In this document: positions 11,288 to 23,495 of the stretch, piece by piece
How positions within the stretch are numbered: position 1 is the first letter of the stretch
Layout: every line of letters starts with the position of its first letter
Assembly: GCA_002633005.1 (NCBI GenBank)
Contig: NMRA01000025.1
Coordinates: forward strand, 193,757 to 257,756
Reading direction: 5' to 3'
Source: Phoronis australis
Taxonomy: Eukaryota > Animalia > Phoronida
Length of the DNA stretch: 64,000 nt
Translations under genes and position numbers: made by a program
The notes under the pieces: generated by a model
Told to the model about the DNA's origin: nothing
The model's database searches: none
The model's input: the letters and a program-made list of their open reading frames with translations, nothing else

Positions 11288-11503
11288 GGCCAAAACATTG
11301 ACCGGTGAAGAAATAATCTAATTTTGTCAGTTTGGCAGTGACACGAAAATCACGGAAGTAAACATGTGGCAGTCGGGACAAGAAGAAATCATGCACCTTG
11401 ATTGGCTTAGGCAAAAGTGAGTCACCTAGTGGCAACGGATAAAGGCTATTACGCGGGTTCTTTTGACTAGAGCTATTAGCAATCTTGGCGAATTTCCTTG
11501 AAA
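11288..11503. promoter_or_regulatory. Putative bidirectional promoter and 5' UTRs between NRBF2 and UBE2T
   Basis: Only 216 bp separate the divergent ATGs. The region has an ETS-like CGGAAGT (11353-11359), inverted CCAAT (ATTGG 11401-11405), TGAGTCA (11418-11424) and E2F-like TTGGCGAA (11485-11492), and is relatively CpG-rich. Confidence 0.65.
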
Positions 11504-12169
11504 ATGCAGCGTCGTGTGCGAATGAAGAGAGAATTGGAAATGATTAAAATCTCCCCGCCGTTCGGCATAACATGCTGGCAAGTGGACAATAGTATAGAAC
11601 ACCTGGAAGCGCAGATCATTGGCATTAAAGGAACTCCATATGCAGATGGAGTTTTCAAGTTGGACATCAAAGTCCCTGAAAGATATCCATTTGAACCATT
11701 GAAGGTGACCTTCCTGACCGCTATATACCACCCGAACATTGACACAGCAGGACGCATCTGTCTGGACATTCTAAAGATGCCACCTGCGGGTAATTGGAAG
11801 CCATCTCTCAACATTTCCACTGTATTGACTTCCATACAGCTACTGATGAACGAACCAAACCCAGATGACCCCCTCATGACAGATATTTCTGAGGAATTCA
11901 AATACAATCATGTGCTGTTTGTGAAAAAGGCAGAGGAATGGACAAGGAGTCATGCAACACAGCAAAGCTTAAGTGCTGCTACCTATGACCAAGAAAAAGA
12001 AAACCGCGTGGCGGTTTATGTTGATGACAGTGATGATGAATCAGAGGAAAGCAGTGATGAAGAAAGCCAAAGAGTCGATAATAATAAATGTGAAAAGAGA
12101 GATTTATTACAGAAAAGGCCATGCAGTGAGGGATCTGATACTGCACCGTGCAAACAGTTAAAACTGTAA
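11504..12169 (+). CDS. UBE2T: Ubiquitin-conjugating enzyme E2 T (Fanconi anaemia pathway E2), single coding exon, 221 aa
   Basis: MQRRVRMKRELEMI..PPFGITCWQ, PERYPFEP, YHPNIDTAGRICLDILKMPPAGNWKPSLNI (HPN motif, catalytic Cys, UBE2T-type LPPxGxW insert) and LLMNEPNPDDPLMTDISEEFKYN, followed by an acidic tail. The true start is the ATG at 11504; the ORF track starts at an upstream TTG. Confidence 0.95.
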   Translation: MQRRVRMKRELEMIKISPPFGITCWQVDNSIEHLEAQIIGIKGTPYADGVFKLDIKVPERYPFEPLKVTFLTAIYHPNIDTAGRICLDILKMPPAGNWKPSLNISTVLTSIQLLMNEPNPDDPLMTDISEEFKYNHVLFVKKAEEWTRSHATQQSLSAATYDQEKENRVAVYVDDSDDESEESSDEESQRVDNNKCEKRDLLQKRPCSEGSDTAPCKQLKL

Positions 12170-12914
12170 TGTGTTATGTTATGCAATCACTTGCAAGGGT
12201 TGGTTCACTACTCAATCATTGTTGCAATCATCTCTGAGTCTCCAATCACTTCCTTCGATTGCCGTTAATTATTCAAACAATTTACATCAGGATTTCTGCA
12301 CTATAAGTGACATCATGGACTGTTTTACACCTGAATGAGGGGCCAGTTGCACTGCTGTTCGTGCAGTCTTGGATTGAATGGCTTGCAACACACTTTTTTG
12401 GTTTGTTTTGTCACTTGCTAGAATTTATACACCTACGAACTTCAAGAAGATGAAAACTACCGTTAGTGTGGACTAGCTGCCATTTTATATACTCATACCT
12501 GACGCAGGAGATATACAATTTGCAATTATTGCATAGTAACAAGCCAGACTTTATGTCTATACAAAGTTGAGTATTGAACCTGGGTCGTGGGAAGGACACT
12601 ATGTGTATATAATGTAACCCTTATAGCTTGGCTGAAATCAAAGCATTTTGGTGATGAGAGCCAGAAGCATGTGGGACCTAGTTTACAGTACTTGTGTGTA
12701 GTGATGACAGACTAAACTAGTAGTGCTGTAGACTGAACATTCGACATTATTTGGTATTCTGAGAGCATGAAAGCAATCTCCACTTTATTCAGTCTCGAGT
12801 AGACAATACAGGTTAAGCTGATGAAGATGAACTGTTGTTTTGTTCATGGTTTTTCATGTAATTTGAACAACTCCCCAGGCAACAGTTGTCATTTGACTAC
12901 TTGTACATTGCCAC

Positions 12915-13200
12915 CAAAAGCCAACTTTTGATTTAGACCATGTACCGCCATTTTAAATTTGTCTCAATTTGTTCTTTATTCAGATGAGAAGTGATTTCGG
13001 GGTTTACAGTTTGTTATTCATGGAGACCGGCACATGAAATGACACGCTCTGATAAGCCAATTTGTAGAGTTTTGTCTTGAGCAATACACAAAAATGTCAG
13101 TTATTTTGTAGCCCTGAAACAACCTCTAATGTGATTTTAAGTAACAATTTGAGATTAATTTTATAAGGGCAAGTGGTCTAAATTAAAAGTTGGTTTTGTG
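12915..13200. mobile_element. Degenerate MITE-like inverted repeat (~90-bp arms)
   Basis: CAAAAGCCAACTTTTGATTTAGACCA...GTCTCAATTTGTT...TTTCGGGGTTTACA (12915-13008) is the imperfect reverse complement of 13107-13200 (TGTAGCCCTGAAA...AACAATTTGAGA...TGGTCTAAATTAAAAGTTGGTTTTG). Confidence 0.7.
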
Positions 13201-15713
13201 ATCGAACTTGCGCGTTATGTGAAGTTCTAGTGCAATTCAAATTTCCATCGCCATCTTTATCTCTCACTGTTAAAGGATCAGGAAATGAATGAACTTGGAT
13301 GGAATTGGCTCAATGCTTATATAACTGGCATGTTATTCAAAATAGTGTGACCAGAGTGTTAGAGGCTGATTATGACCAAGTATTCCCAGGAACCTAGTAA
13401 CTTGGTGCAATGCCCATGACTTGGTTTATTAAAGGTATGATTATTGTAGGTGTCTGTTATGTCCTTTTCTCCACGAATCATTTGCAATGGCTTTAGTTTA
13501 ATTTAAAACCCTGATGCTTTTCATCGTATCTCAAATGCTACTATAGCATTGATACTGCACTAAGGTCTAGGCTGGGGTTTGCTACCTATTCTGTATGGTA
13601 ATGACAGGACACTCTGATCCCGGTTTCAACTCTCCACTGTTTGGGGGTAGAAAAACGCTATGTGTGGTTGGCCTGGCTTTCAAAAGGAATGGCTGTGCTG
13701 ACACTTCCAGAGTTAGACATGTGAAGAGCGATTGAAAAGCTGAGCGAGTCATAATAAAATTTTTGATATCTATATTGCAATTAACTGTGCAACAGTAAAA
13801 CTTTATTGTGATAAGTGATCAATTAATTTAAATGCAAACTTATAATCGATTAGAATTGCAGCAGTGTTCAACTGCGCCGGCCAAGTGCGTTACAGACATA
13901 CAGCTTTGTGGGTAATTGTGACTGCATCAGAGAGGCTGCTGTGGTGTTCCGGGAAGTGGTTATTTTTAAAAAAATTTTAGTAGCTACATCCAAAAATACC
14001 ATGGTGTCACTATGATTCTTTGGTATATACTCACAATGCTGTTTATAAGTAGGGAACCATCTCATTCACTACTGCTTGCTTACCACTATTTTATATTAAC
14101 ATTAGTTTGCCAGCCACCAATCATGAAGTTGCAAACATTGACAACGTTGCTGACATGAGACCACCGCCAAAACACTGATTTCTGAAAGATCTGTCAATGG
14201 ACATTGGAGGAAAGTATGAGAAATCAATGAAAGTAGTAAGAAACATATGGCACCCTTCAGATGGCCTTTGACCAGATCCATTGGCATGCTAAATTTTGGA
14301 AGATTTCCTCAAAGCCATAGCACCGCAAACAATTAATATTTGAAAAGTGGCTGACACAGTACCTTCTTTAGTGCGATTTTGCCAGATAACAATTGGCCTT
14401 GAGTCTTTCATAAGATAATTTATAAATTTCATGTTGATTGGACAAAACCTGTAGTGTACGTATGATAGACCAACAAAAGAGCAGCGGGGAATCGGCTAAT
14501 AAAAGAACAGTGATCAGATCAGTTTCTCAGTCGAATTCGGAACTCAAGAACAGTAATGGCATAGTGCTGATTGTGCTTGATAAGATCTACCCACAAATAA
14601 AATTTCACAGACGCTGTACACACAAAACGATATTAAATCAATTAAAGAAAAATCATCGGAAAATCTGGAATAATTTCATGAGAACTTTTAGTAGTAAGGA
14701 GTGAGAAACGGAGGACAGTGACAATGGCACACTCCAGATAGCACTTGACGAGATCTATCTACATACGAAATTTCAACAGAAGGTAGCTCTGTGAAGCGAA
14801 AATTCGAAAAATGGCTGTCACCAAAACGCTTTAAAGCTTTTCATGACGAAAATGTTTATTTCGTGTGGATCGGGTGAAACATGCTGCCTGTAACGTACAT
14901 GTGTACAGAAACAATAAATAAAAAAACATGACCTTACTTGGAGAAAAGTCATTTTGCTAAGTAATGGTACGTACGGTAAACTTAGTTAAGAAAGATATAT
15001 CTTTTTACATGATCTACTTGCCTCAAAAATGTATTAGCACTGAGCCTAACCGTTTAGAAAAACAGACCTAGTACCTTTGTAGAAAATGAAAGTTGATTTC
15101 GGGACTTGACTATTAACACTGGAAATTGTTTTTGAGTATTTGGCCATCACTGAATGTTGATTACCAGTACCATCACTCAAGTACGAAAAATCTGTAGTTT
15201 CCAAGTCCCAAGATGGGAACAAATTATTGAAAATTGCCATTTTGTGTTAAATTCACCAATAGCTGCACTTAATATGTGGTAAATTCTCACTAATTTAGGA
15301 CACATCATGGCAGGTGATGTGATTTTTTTTCCTAATGAAACGTAAACAGTGCGAAATAACGAGATAATGTTTTGAGAAATTGTAGACATTCAGAACAATG
15401 TTGGTAGCCTTTGAACAATGAACATAGATTTTGTTCATTATTTTGTCTAGAATTCGTCGGTGAGATTTTACGCGAGTTCTTATTTCTTTTCTAATGTTTT
15501 GCACTTTTATTCTGAATATGACTATTTTCTCTCATAAATCACACGTTCATAATGGTGCATACAGATTTGATGTTTGAGTATTAAGCACAATTTTACTTTA
15601 CGTATTGTATGCAGATTGAATGTGCTTCCTGGAAGAGACCGTTGAAAAGAATCATTGTTGTCCATGAAGAAAGAAATGCATATGTTTGCAGGTCTGGAGC
15701 AGAGGAAATGGAT

Positions 15714-15832
15714 ACTGCTTGTGAGAATTAGATTATATTCATGAAAAAATAACACCGCATTTGGGTACTGCTTGTGAGAATTCTCTGAGATTATATTCAT
15801 GAAAAAATAACACCGCATTTGACGAGAATTCA
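15714..15832. repeat. Local tandem duplication (~52-59-bp unit, 2 copies plus a fragment)
   Basis: TACTGCTTGTGAGAATT[..]AGATTATATTCATGAAAAAATAACACCGCATTTG occurs twice in tandem. Confidence 0.85.
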
Positions 15833-16182
15833 TGTGCCTACAGATGTTGAGACATTACCTGTACTTATAGTTTAATCTGAAACATTCTTACTTGCTTCAA
15901 AACTTGTGCCGAAGAAGCCCGATCAAGACAGAGCCACCATGGGGGAGGGGGGGTGTGGTATTTTGATGGTTAGAGACATGCTCATATTGTGGGAACTAAT
16001 AACTTAATCTTGTGTTTAAAAAGAATAACCTAACATTTCAAGTTGATCGTTTGGCAGCGAGTTCTTCGCCGGAGTTTTCTTTAGGTAGCTGAATTAACGG
16101 CAAAGTGAATCCTAGCTGGTTTCAAGCCCATGGCCAATCAGTGCACTGTTACCATCAATCCACATGGGGCTTTTGCAGATCC

Positions 16183-16499
16183 CAGGGGCGGATCCAGGAT
16201 TTTAAGTTTTAGGGCCGGGAGGGGGGACAGAGCACAGGAATAACCATTTCGGCGCATGCGCGCCCCCAGCCTAGTAAAATGTAGGGATGCAAGGGTCTCG
16301 AATTATTGGGTTTGCGGACCTTATTACCTTAAAAAAGACGGTAAACGGGATTTGTTCAAGGCCGCATTGTGCATTCGCCCCCCCCCCCCGAGCCACCCTG
16401 GATGCGCGCATATGCTAGTTAGCAATTCGTACCCCGAACTACCAAATTGTATCTGGTAGAATTTTAGGAGGGACATGTCCCCCCACGAATCCGCCACTC
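16183..16499. mobile_element. Small TIR element (CAGGGGCGGATCC family)
   Basis: Starts CAGGGGCGGATCCAGGATTTT and ends GAATCCGCCACT, with G/C runs inside. GATCC lies on both flanks (possible TSD). Same terminus as 42012-42151. Confidence 0.65.
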
Positions 16500-19317
16500 G
16501 ATCCCGGTACAGGATTGCATATACTTAATTGAACTGGTATGTAGAGATGTAAACTTGATGAATGTTTTTCATTCTCCGTTGTAATCTTGTTTGATGTGAA
16601 AGTGCCTCAACGTGTTTAGTTTTACTAATTTTGATGATTCAGAATGGCTTAAAACAACTTGGTTCTGTTAGTTTAGCTGCAGTCACAGTTTACATTCTTC
16701 TTCAACCGGAGCAGTGCATAACTTACACATTCCTTATTCTCAACGCATATCCAACCAACTTGACAGTGGCGAAATATTTAGAAGTTAGCGAAATTTAAAC
16801 TGTCCATTGGTCTTGCCAATAAGTTATCGCTGCGCCGAGTGCTGAACCATTGTTCGCTCATTTACGCCTGCTGCCACCTATTGTGTAATCTAAGCACTTG
16901 CTCAATCAAAGGTATGTCAATTTTAAACAAACTTGGAAGGAATGCATTTTTTGAAATTACCCATTCAACGTATTGAAGGGTCTTACTCACTGATCTTACA
17001 ACGCATGATGACCATGGATATCTTCACCATCAGTATGCAAATTCGCAACGTCCCGTGATATTCTTTTTTAACAAAATATCGTCCAGCAGTGTTCTGCAGT
17101 CCAGAGCAAGTTTCATAAAGTTTTTATGCAGAACAAGAAATGAATGTTTCAGAAGTTGTTTAAGTAGCAAAACCCATTATTATTTTAAATCCTTTAAGAG
17201 ACCTTTTAAGATGTCCTTAAAATGAGGTATGTAATGCGAAATTAGTGTTACAAGTGTTTTACATCCTTACTCTATGGTCAAGCAGACTTCATTAGTTTTG
17301 CACCTAGAGGCTGATACACTGCCTCACCACCAATTTTGACAACCTTATGACTGTAAAAAAATGTTCTATAAGCATATTTGTTTGTACCTGGAATTAAAGA
17401 AAGCTGTTGAAAAAATAGTACTTATATTTCATATTAAAAACAAACATTGTAACTTATAACCCGGGACAGTTGCAAGCATTGTACATGACTGAGTAACATT
17501 TCCGTTTTTCACCAGCTTAACTATTTAAACAGAAATTTCTCTAAGAATCCTTCTCATAATCAAACCTTGAAGAACAACCGCAAACACTGTCTAACAACAG
17601 GGGCCTGCCTCATGAAAAGCGATTCAAGACGGAAATTTGGTGCTCCAGCCACTTCACAGTTGGCAAATAAAGTTTTAGTCGTGTAATAGTACATTACAGC
17701 CTGAAAATAATTTGCACAAATTTCCTCAGTATTTAGCAGGTATGGGTATATTCTCAGATATTCTGTTCTTTAGCTAAATTGAGTTTTAATTATTTTTTGA
17801 AAATTGTTATGTGGAGTGTAAGGCCAAATTTCTGTCTTGCATGTAAGCCACTTTTCATGAAACATATCTTCTAGTCACAGAGATAATTTCTGTAATTTAT
17901 TTCTAAATTGTGTGATGCTCTCATAATTACTTGGCTAAACCTTTTTCAGCAATTATAAAGAGGGAGCACAAGACCAAATTCCAGCGAGTCTTAAATGTTC
18001 AGTCACTTTCATGATGAAACACATCCCAGAGCTACTCATTAAGTTGGCAATCTTTTGAAGGATTCTTGGGTGACACGAGCTGCAAAACCCTGTTTTAAAC
18101 ATACAATGTACGATACCTTGAAATGTCCAATGTTTTCTAAGTAGCATCTCTGCTTCAAAGATATAGAGCAAGTTACCATGACAGAAATCATGTTTCCAAA
18201 AACAATAAATAAATACTTAAACTAACAATATTACATCAAGCAAAAACATAGCCTTAAACATATTTCATCACGTTAACAAGACTTCTAAAATATACAAACT
18301 TAGATAAATTTCTACCCCAATGGAAAGTTGGTTGTCTGACAAGTTGCGAAGCCTAAAAACATCAATGAATACAGTTTATACTCAAATATAATGGGAGTCA
18401 ACGTAGGCTGGAAAACATTATCTATCTGAGTACATGTACCCTGTAACTCCATAAATATGTTACTTACGCATTTATATTAACAATTACAGAACTCGATAAC
18501 AAAAACTAATAGATTTAAGGCATGCCATTAAGTTCCCATTAAAATGTGATTGAACTTTCACATCTGACCATGACATCCCAATGATATTCACAGAACAATT
18601 CTTTGTTCTTTGGTTTAAACAGAATATCGGACCACTCAACATTCTGGGTACACAGCAAGAACTAAGACATCCGCATGAAAACAAATTATCAGCTTGTAAA
18701 ACAATGCTTATGGTCAAGCTGTACGTTTAACTGGAGAAACAAACCAGTGCTAAGATTTGTATTGGATCAGTTGTAAAACGAAAAAGGAACGGCCAGCAAT
18801 AATGCTCATGTCAAGCCGATGAAGCTAGTGGTTCACAGAAAGCATTTTCGAGGCTCATCACTGAATTGTTTCTCCATCTCATCATTTCTCATACCATCAA
18901 AGCTGGTCAGAATGCATAGCCTTACACACCTGGATGCATTATACAGGTAACAACAAAACTATAGTATGCATGTGTACATTAAATGAATTCAGAAGCATAA
19001 TTAGTCTTACCTTCTTAATCAAACATTTATTCTTAAAATTTGTCATGGAGTAGAACTTTTTGGCAATAAGGTTTGGCTCAATTTATCTATCTTGAGCCAT
19101 CACTCGGATGTCTTTGTACGTCACATATTGCACCTATTTCTGAAACAAAATGCTGTTACTAGCACCACCTTTTGTCCAATTAACAAACCAATCTCCCTTC
19201 AGCCAGCAGCACACAGCAGTAGCGACACAGAAAAAGCACCATCTAGTCATGTTCATGGGCTACACAAGGTAACTACCCTTTGACCTTTTGGCCTTTGACC
19301 CTTGGTAGCCACTAGTG

Positions 19318-19991
19318 CTATGACATGCCATAATGTGTACTGTGAGGCATTCCATGAGGTGCTCGACATACTGATGAGCTCTCAGATGGTGTCGGAGTCC
19401 TCTGATTGGTTCTATTTTGCTGCTGCAGCCTTGCCAGCAAAGTAGCATGAAGGTCCATGGGATTATGGTGCACTCTGGGTAAACCAGCTCCATCACAGTA
19501 AATGTCTGATATGGGAAGCCCATTATGGTGTCCTGCTGGTATACTTGATACTTCTGAATACATGTCGGACAGAGGATCACGAGTATGAACACTGGATAAG
19601 TCAGATGGCATGTCTGAGTGGACACGTGTCGATACCTCGCTATGAGCATCAGTATACATCACAGGCTCTGCATACGTATGTGGGCTTCGTAGATCTCTGT
19701 AGATACGTGGTGCGTACCCCGGCTGACCCTCGAGTGACAAATTCCGATACAGGCGCTCTTTGCTGGTCTGACTATATTGGGGCTGATTGAGTGGTACTGA
19801 GCATTCCTTGTCTATAGCCCTCTGTGTGTAGACATGCTGTTGTGGTGACTTAGGCTTAGTTCTGTTTTTCAAACAGCAGATAATGATGAGTATGACTAGT
19901 AGAGCGCCAACGCACACTGGAACTGTGATGTAGACAACTAGATACGTATGAACATCATCAAATGCATCAAAACTTCCATCCCGGTTGTTTC
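19318..19991 (-). CDS. FGFRL1: FGFRL1-like, last exon: transmembrane helix and kinase-less cytoplasmic tail
   Basis: Acceptor TTTTCTTACAG|GA, phase 1. TM LVVYITVPVCVGALLVILIIICCL is followed by KNRTKPK. PGYAPRIYRDL resembles the vertebrate FGFRL1 tandem-tyrosine motif PKLYPKLYTDI. TAG at 19318-19320; no kinase motifs. Confidence 0.88.
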
Positions 19992-20673
19992 CTGTAAGAA
20001 AATACAATTGATTCAATAGTATTATTGAACTGTAAAGACATATCTTGTATGTTCACCTATGCTTAACTGCAACATTCCATTCAACATTCTGCCCAGGAAA
20101 ACATTGTCCTCTCCAAATTTCAACAACGAAAAGGAGATTTCCTATTTCAACCTATATAAAGAAATTATGTAATACCTAGGTTAATAAACTCTATCAACTC
20201 ATGCCACAGTAGCAACTAGTTGAAACCATCAAAATAAATTGATGCGGCTCAATCTTGGGACACTGACCCAGTTGGGTAACCCTGTCAAATCAATGGCATT
20301 TGGACACTTTTCACTAAGCCATTATGCTGAATGTTTGCATGGTAAATACTTTATGTCTCAGTATGGAGAGGTTTCACACATTTTTTAAGTGGTTGAGTAA
20401 CCCGCATTTTAGATGATGTGTAAAGAGAAAGTTTCCATTTAAAAGAAAATTGCAGTTTTAAGTGTAATAAAACAATTTTAAAACCATCTTATGTACACAT
20501 TCGACAATGATGACTGTGACATCATCGAAAACTACCGAGTGTTTCAACAAATATCATGCATTTATGCCTTAAAATGTCTTAGGGACATCTACCAATACAT
20601 ATGGCATGAATAAGTAACATGTATCTTGCAGATTTTGTAAATTTTATAAAAATATTGCATAAACTATGCTTAC

Positions 20674-20962
20674 CCAAATGTGAGCGATTGAGTCGATTCA
20701 AGTCGCTATTTTCGAATGGTTTCGCCGACACTGTAAGAAATGCTTTTCGAAAGCTGTAACCCCTCTGACTAGTAACCAGACATATATACATGCCAGCATG
20801 TTTCTCGGTCACATGATCGATGGCCAGTTTGTTGATAAACACCGACTCTGCAGAGGCCCAGACCTTAGACATCTTGAGTACAACAAATTTCTGATTGTTG
20901 ACATCGATGGTGGAGTTAGCATGCTTTCTCAGTTGGTCTGGATCCACAAGCTGCTTCAACCA
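20674..20962 (-). CDS. FGFRL1: FGFRL1-like, Ig3 second half
   Basis: TTTCAG|TGG...TTG G|GTAAGC (289 nt, phase 0/1). Translates to WLKQLV..NSTIDVNNQKFVVL..FINKLAI..HAGMYICLVTSQRGYSFRKAFLTV, matching FGFRL1 WLKRVE..NSTIDVGGQKFVVL..YLNKLLI..DAGMYICL..GYSFRSAFLTV. Confidence 0.95.
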
Positions 20963-21653
20963 CTGAAATGCAGACACAAATATGTATGAAATATTTGAAT
21001 GAACCGTCCAAGCAAGTAATCAAAGAACAACACAGCACCATTTGAACAGCATGTATATTATACAATTAAGGAGGCACAAGTAACATTATGCACTGTCAAA
21101 CTAACGGGAACCCAGCTGCTTGTGACGAAAATTGTTCTAATCCCTTGTAATGGGAGGAAAAACCTTTTTTAACCATGGGCAAAGGCATAGTTTAGAAACT
21201 GCACATCTATAAAACAGCCAAGTTAGACTACTTTTCAAAGTCCTACTCAAACCAACTTCTAGTCAGTGAATATTTCCAGTTTTTAAACATTGAAATTCAT
21301 AGCTTGCAAAAAGAGATTCAAGGAGAGAAACTATTGGACATTTTGTCAGTTTAACAGTCATTTATTTTGTGCAAGTTCATACACACTTTCGAACTACATC
21401 CAGTGTTCACTCAACCTCATCTGCTTCAGAGGTCACTTTTCAGAGACCCTTATGGGCGTTTTTCAAAGAGGATTTTTTTCACGAAACTTCATTTAAGTGT
21501 GCTTTTTTCAAAAATCAAAAATTTTGTTAATCTAAAATGGGTAAAGACTCTCATTGAAATACAGAACACCTTATGTAAACACATAACGATAGATATCGTC
21601 TGCATATCAACTGTCGTCTGCTTCACGAAGTGTTGCAAAGCATGACCTCTCAC

Positions 21654-21772
21654 CTGCATATGAGGTTCCACATCACTCTTCACCCTACACAAGAACGTTG
21701 CCTTCTCACCATACTTGACAGTGATGTTCAGAGGATGAGGCGGTAAGAACTCTGGCATCAACTTGGTCTTAC
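21654..21772 (-). CDS. FGFRL1: FGFRL1-like, Ig3 first half
   Basis: TTACCAG|GT...ATG CAG|GTGAGA (119 nt, phase 1/0). Translates to KTKLMPEFLPPHPLNITVKYGEKATFLCRVKSDVEPHMQ, comparable to FGFRL1 [28 protein letters not shown]. Confidence 0.93.
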
Positions 21773-22325
21773 CTGGTAACACATAACCAATTTATTTTGA
21801 TAAAACAACATTTCAATAGAATGGTGCACCAGACCCAGCCGAGTAGCTTACAGTTAAGTTCATGAATACTTTGCTAAACAAATGATGTCTGGATGTCTAG
21901 GGGACTGATGCACGATTTTGCCATTTGGGAGATATGTCGTTGCTGCTAGTCAAAAAATGGTTAACTTGTTATTGTTAATGTTATAACCTAGGAGGTCTCG
22001 GGTGCTTCTGTTCACAAAAAACCATGGTGGTTAGCCTATGAGCCTGCCTTCAGTCACAAATACAATTTTTGAATTTGAGCACTTACCACAATGAAACTGG
22101 TCCTTAGTCAAATTGGATGCAACTTCTGGGCTCGAAAAGAACTGGTAGTTAGTTAATGCTGGGGACCAGGCTCTACAAGTTAGCTCATCACAGTGGGTCA
22201 TTTTATGTGCCAAGCATGGTCTCAAGCAATAACGAATCACCAGGTCTTTATAAATTGCGAAACTACTCCTCATCTGAGTAAGACCAATTTCACAGAAGTG
22301 ATCTAAATCAAAAGTTAGTTTCTTT

Positions 22326-22454
22326 GTTGGAACACAGGTATATAGTTGGAACACAGGTATATAGTTGGAACGCAGGTATGTAGTTGGAACACAGGTATAT
22401 AGTTGGAACGCAGGTATATAGTTGGAACACAGGTATATGCAGGTATATAGTTGC
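22326..22454. repeat. 19-bp minisatellite GTTGGAAC(A/G)CAGGTAT(A/G)TA, ~6.5 copies, intronic
   Basis: Read directly from the sequence. Confidence 0.95.
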
Positions 22455-22886
22455 TTCAAAAAGTACTAGAACTAATCATAACGTTACACGGTGATTTTAT
22501 GTACACTTCCAGTAAGACTGGATTGTATATTGGAAATGAGGACTTGAGTTTCGTTGTATTTGTGAATACAACTAAGTTTTTGTATATTGCACAAAAATAA
22601 TTGCGCTTTCATCATTTTTGAGAAGGGCTTACAGCATTTATTGGAACTTTGAATTACATACTTCAGCAATCACGAAGCAATTTTTTAAATTTAATTTTAT
22701 TGAAAATTTTGACTAAACTTAATTCAACTTTTTGCCCACATAGTGTTCTAACCTGAATTAGAAATTAGAGAGTGATACTAGAAAAATCAAAATGGGAAAT
22801 ATTCAAAGTGTTCTGGCATTGAGTAACAAATTTTGTACAAGGCGTATAATTGTAAAGAAAAATACTAGTAACTGCAAAAATCATAC

Positions 22887-23177
22887 CAATAACTTCTAGT
22901 GAGTAGGTGAAGTTTATCCTTCCTGCACTGTTGAAGACGCTACAGACATATCTCCCGCTGTCATCCACTTGAAGGTTGCGCAACTTCAGAATCCATGTTG
23001 GCCGTCTATTGCTGTCCTGTTCCATATGGCCGCCTGCAACAGGCTTGCCATCTTTCAGCCATACTATATTTGGCCGTGGTTTACCATGGGCTCTACAACG
23101 TAAACGTGCAGTGCTGCCTACTGGCCTTTGCACATTACGCATACGCATCTTGGTGGGGTCCACAAACCGGGGAGCAA
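22887..23177 (-). CDS. FGFRL1: FGFRL1-like, Ig2
   Basis: CCTTGCAG|TT...ATT G|GTATGA (291 nt, phase 1/1). Translates to APRFVDPTKMRMRNVQRPVGSTARLRCRAHGKPRPNIVWLKDG...WILKLRNLQVDDSGRYVCSVFNSAGRINFTYSLEVI, comparable to FGFRL1 [26 protein letters not shown]. Confidence 0.95.
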
Positions 23178-23495
23178 CTGCAAGGCAAAACGTAAAAATG
23201 AACGGGTTTTCTTTGGAGATACTTAAGGTTATGTGAGACACTAGAAAAATGTTGAAAAATGTTTGGCCAAATTTGGAAGATGATATCAGAGATTGGTGAT
23301 CCGGTTCTTTCTGAAACTTTCGAACACATAGACAAAGGTAACCACTTTATTTATATGAATTTGGTCGATATGAAAAATGAGTATTCAAACTTTTTACAAA
23401 GCACTCCCAACTTCAATTAGCAACATGTCCTAAAATTAAGCATCGGAGTTTGAGGTCACTAACTGCCATACACAAGATATCATAGCAGTACTCAC

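Noticed and set aside
11417-11470. Possible 54-nt intron in the UBE2T 5' UTR (GTGAGT...TTCTTTTGACTAG)
   Set aside because: It is very short and overlaps the presumed promoter; it cannot be supported without transcripts.
15000-19300. A tyrosine kinase domain downstream of the Ig/TM exons (true FGFR)
   Set aside because: There is an in-frame stop at 19318, and no GxGxxG/HRD/DFG-coding exons were seen, consistent with FGFRL1.
19260-19649. 129-aa alternative-frame ORF overlapping the FGFRL1 tail
   Set aside because: A shadow frame with no splice route into it and no recognisable motif.
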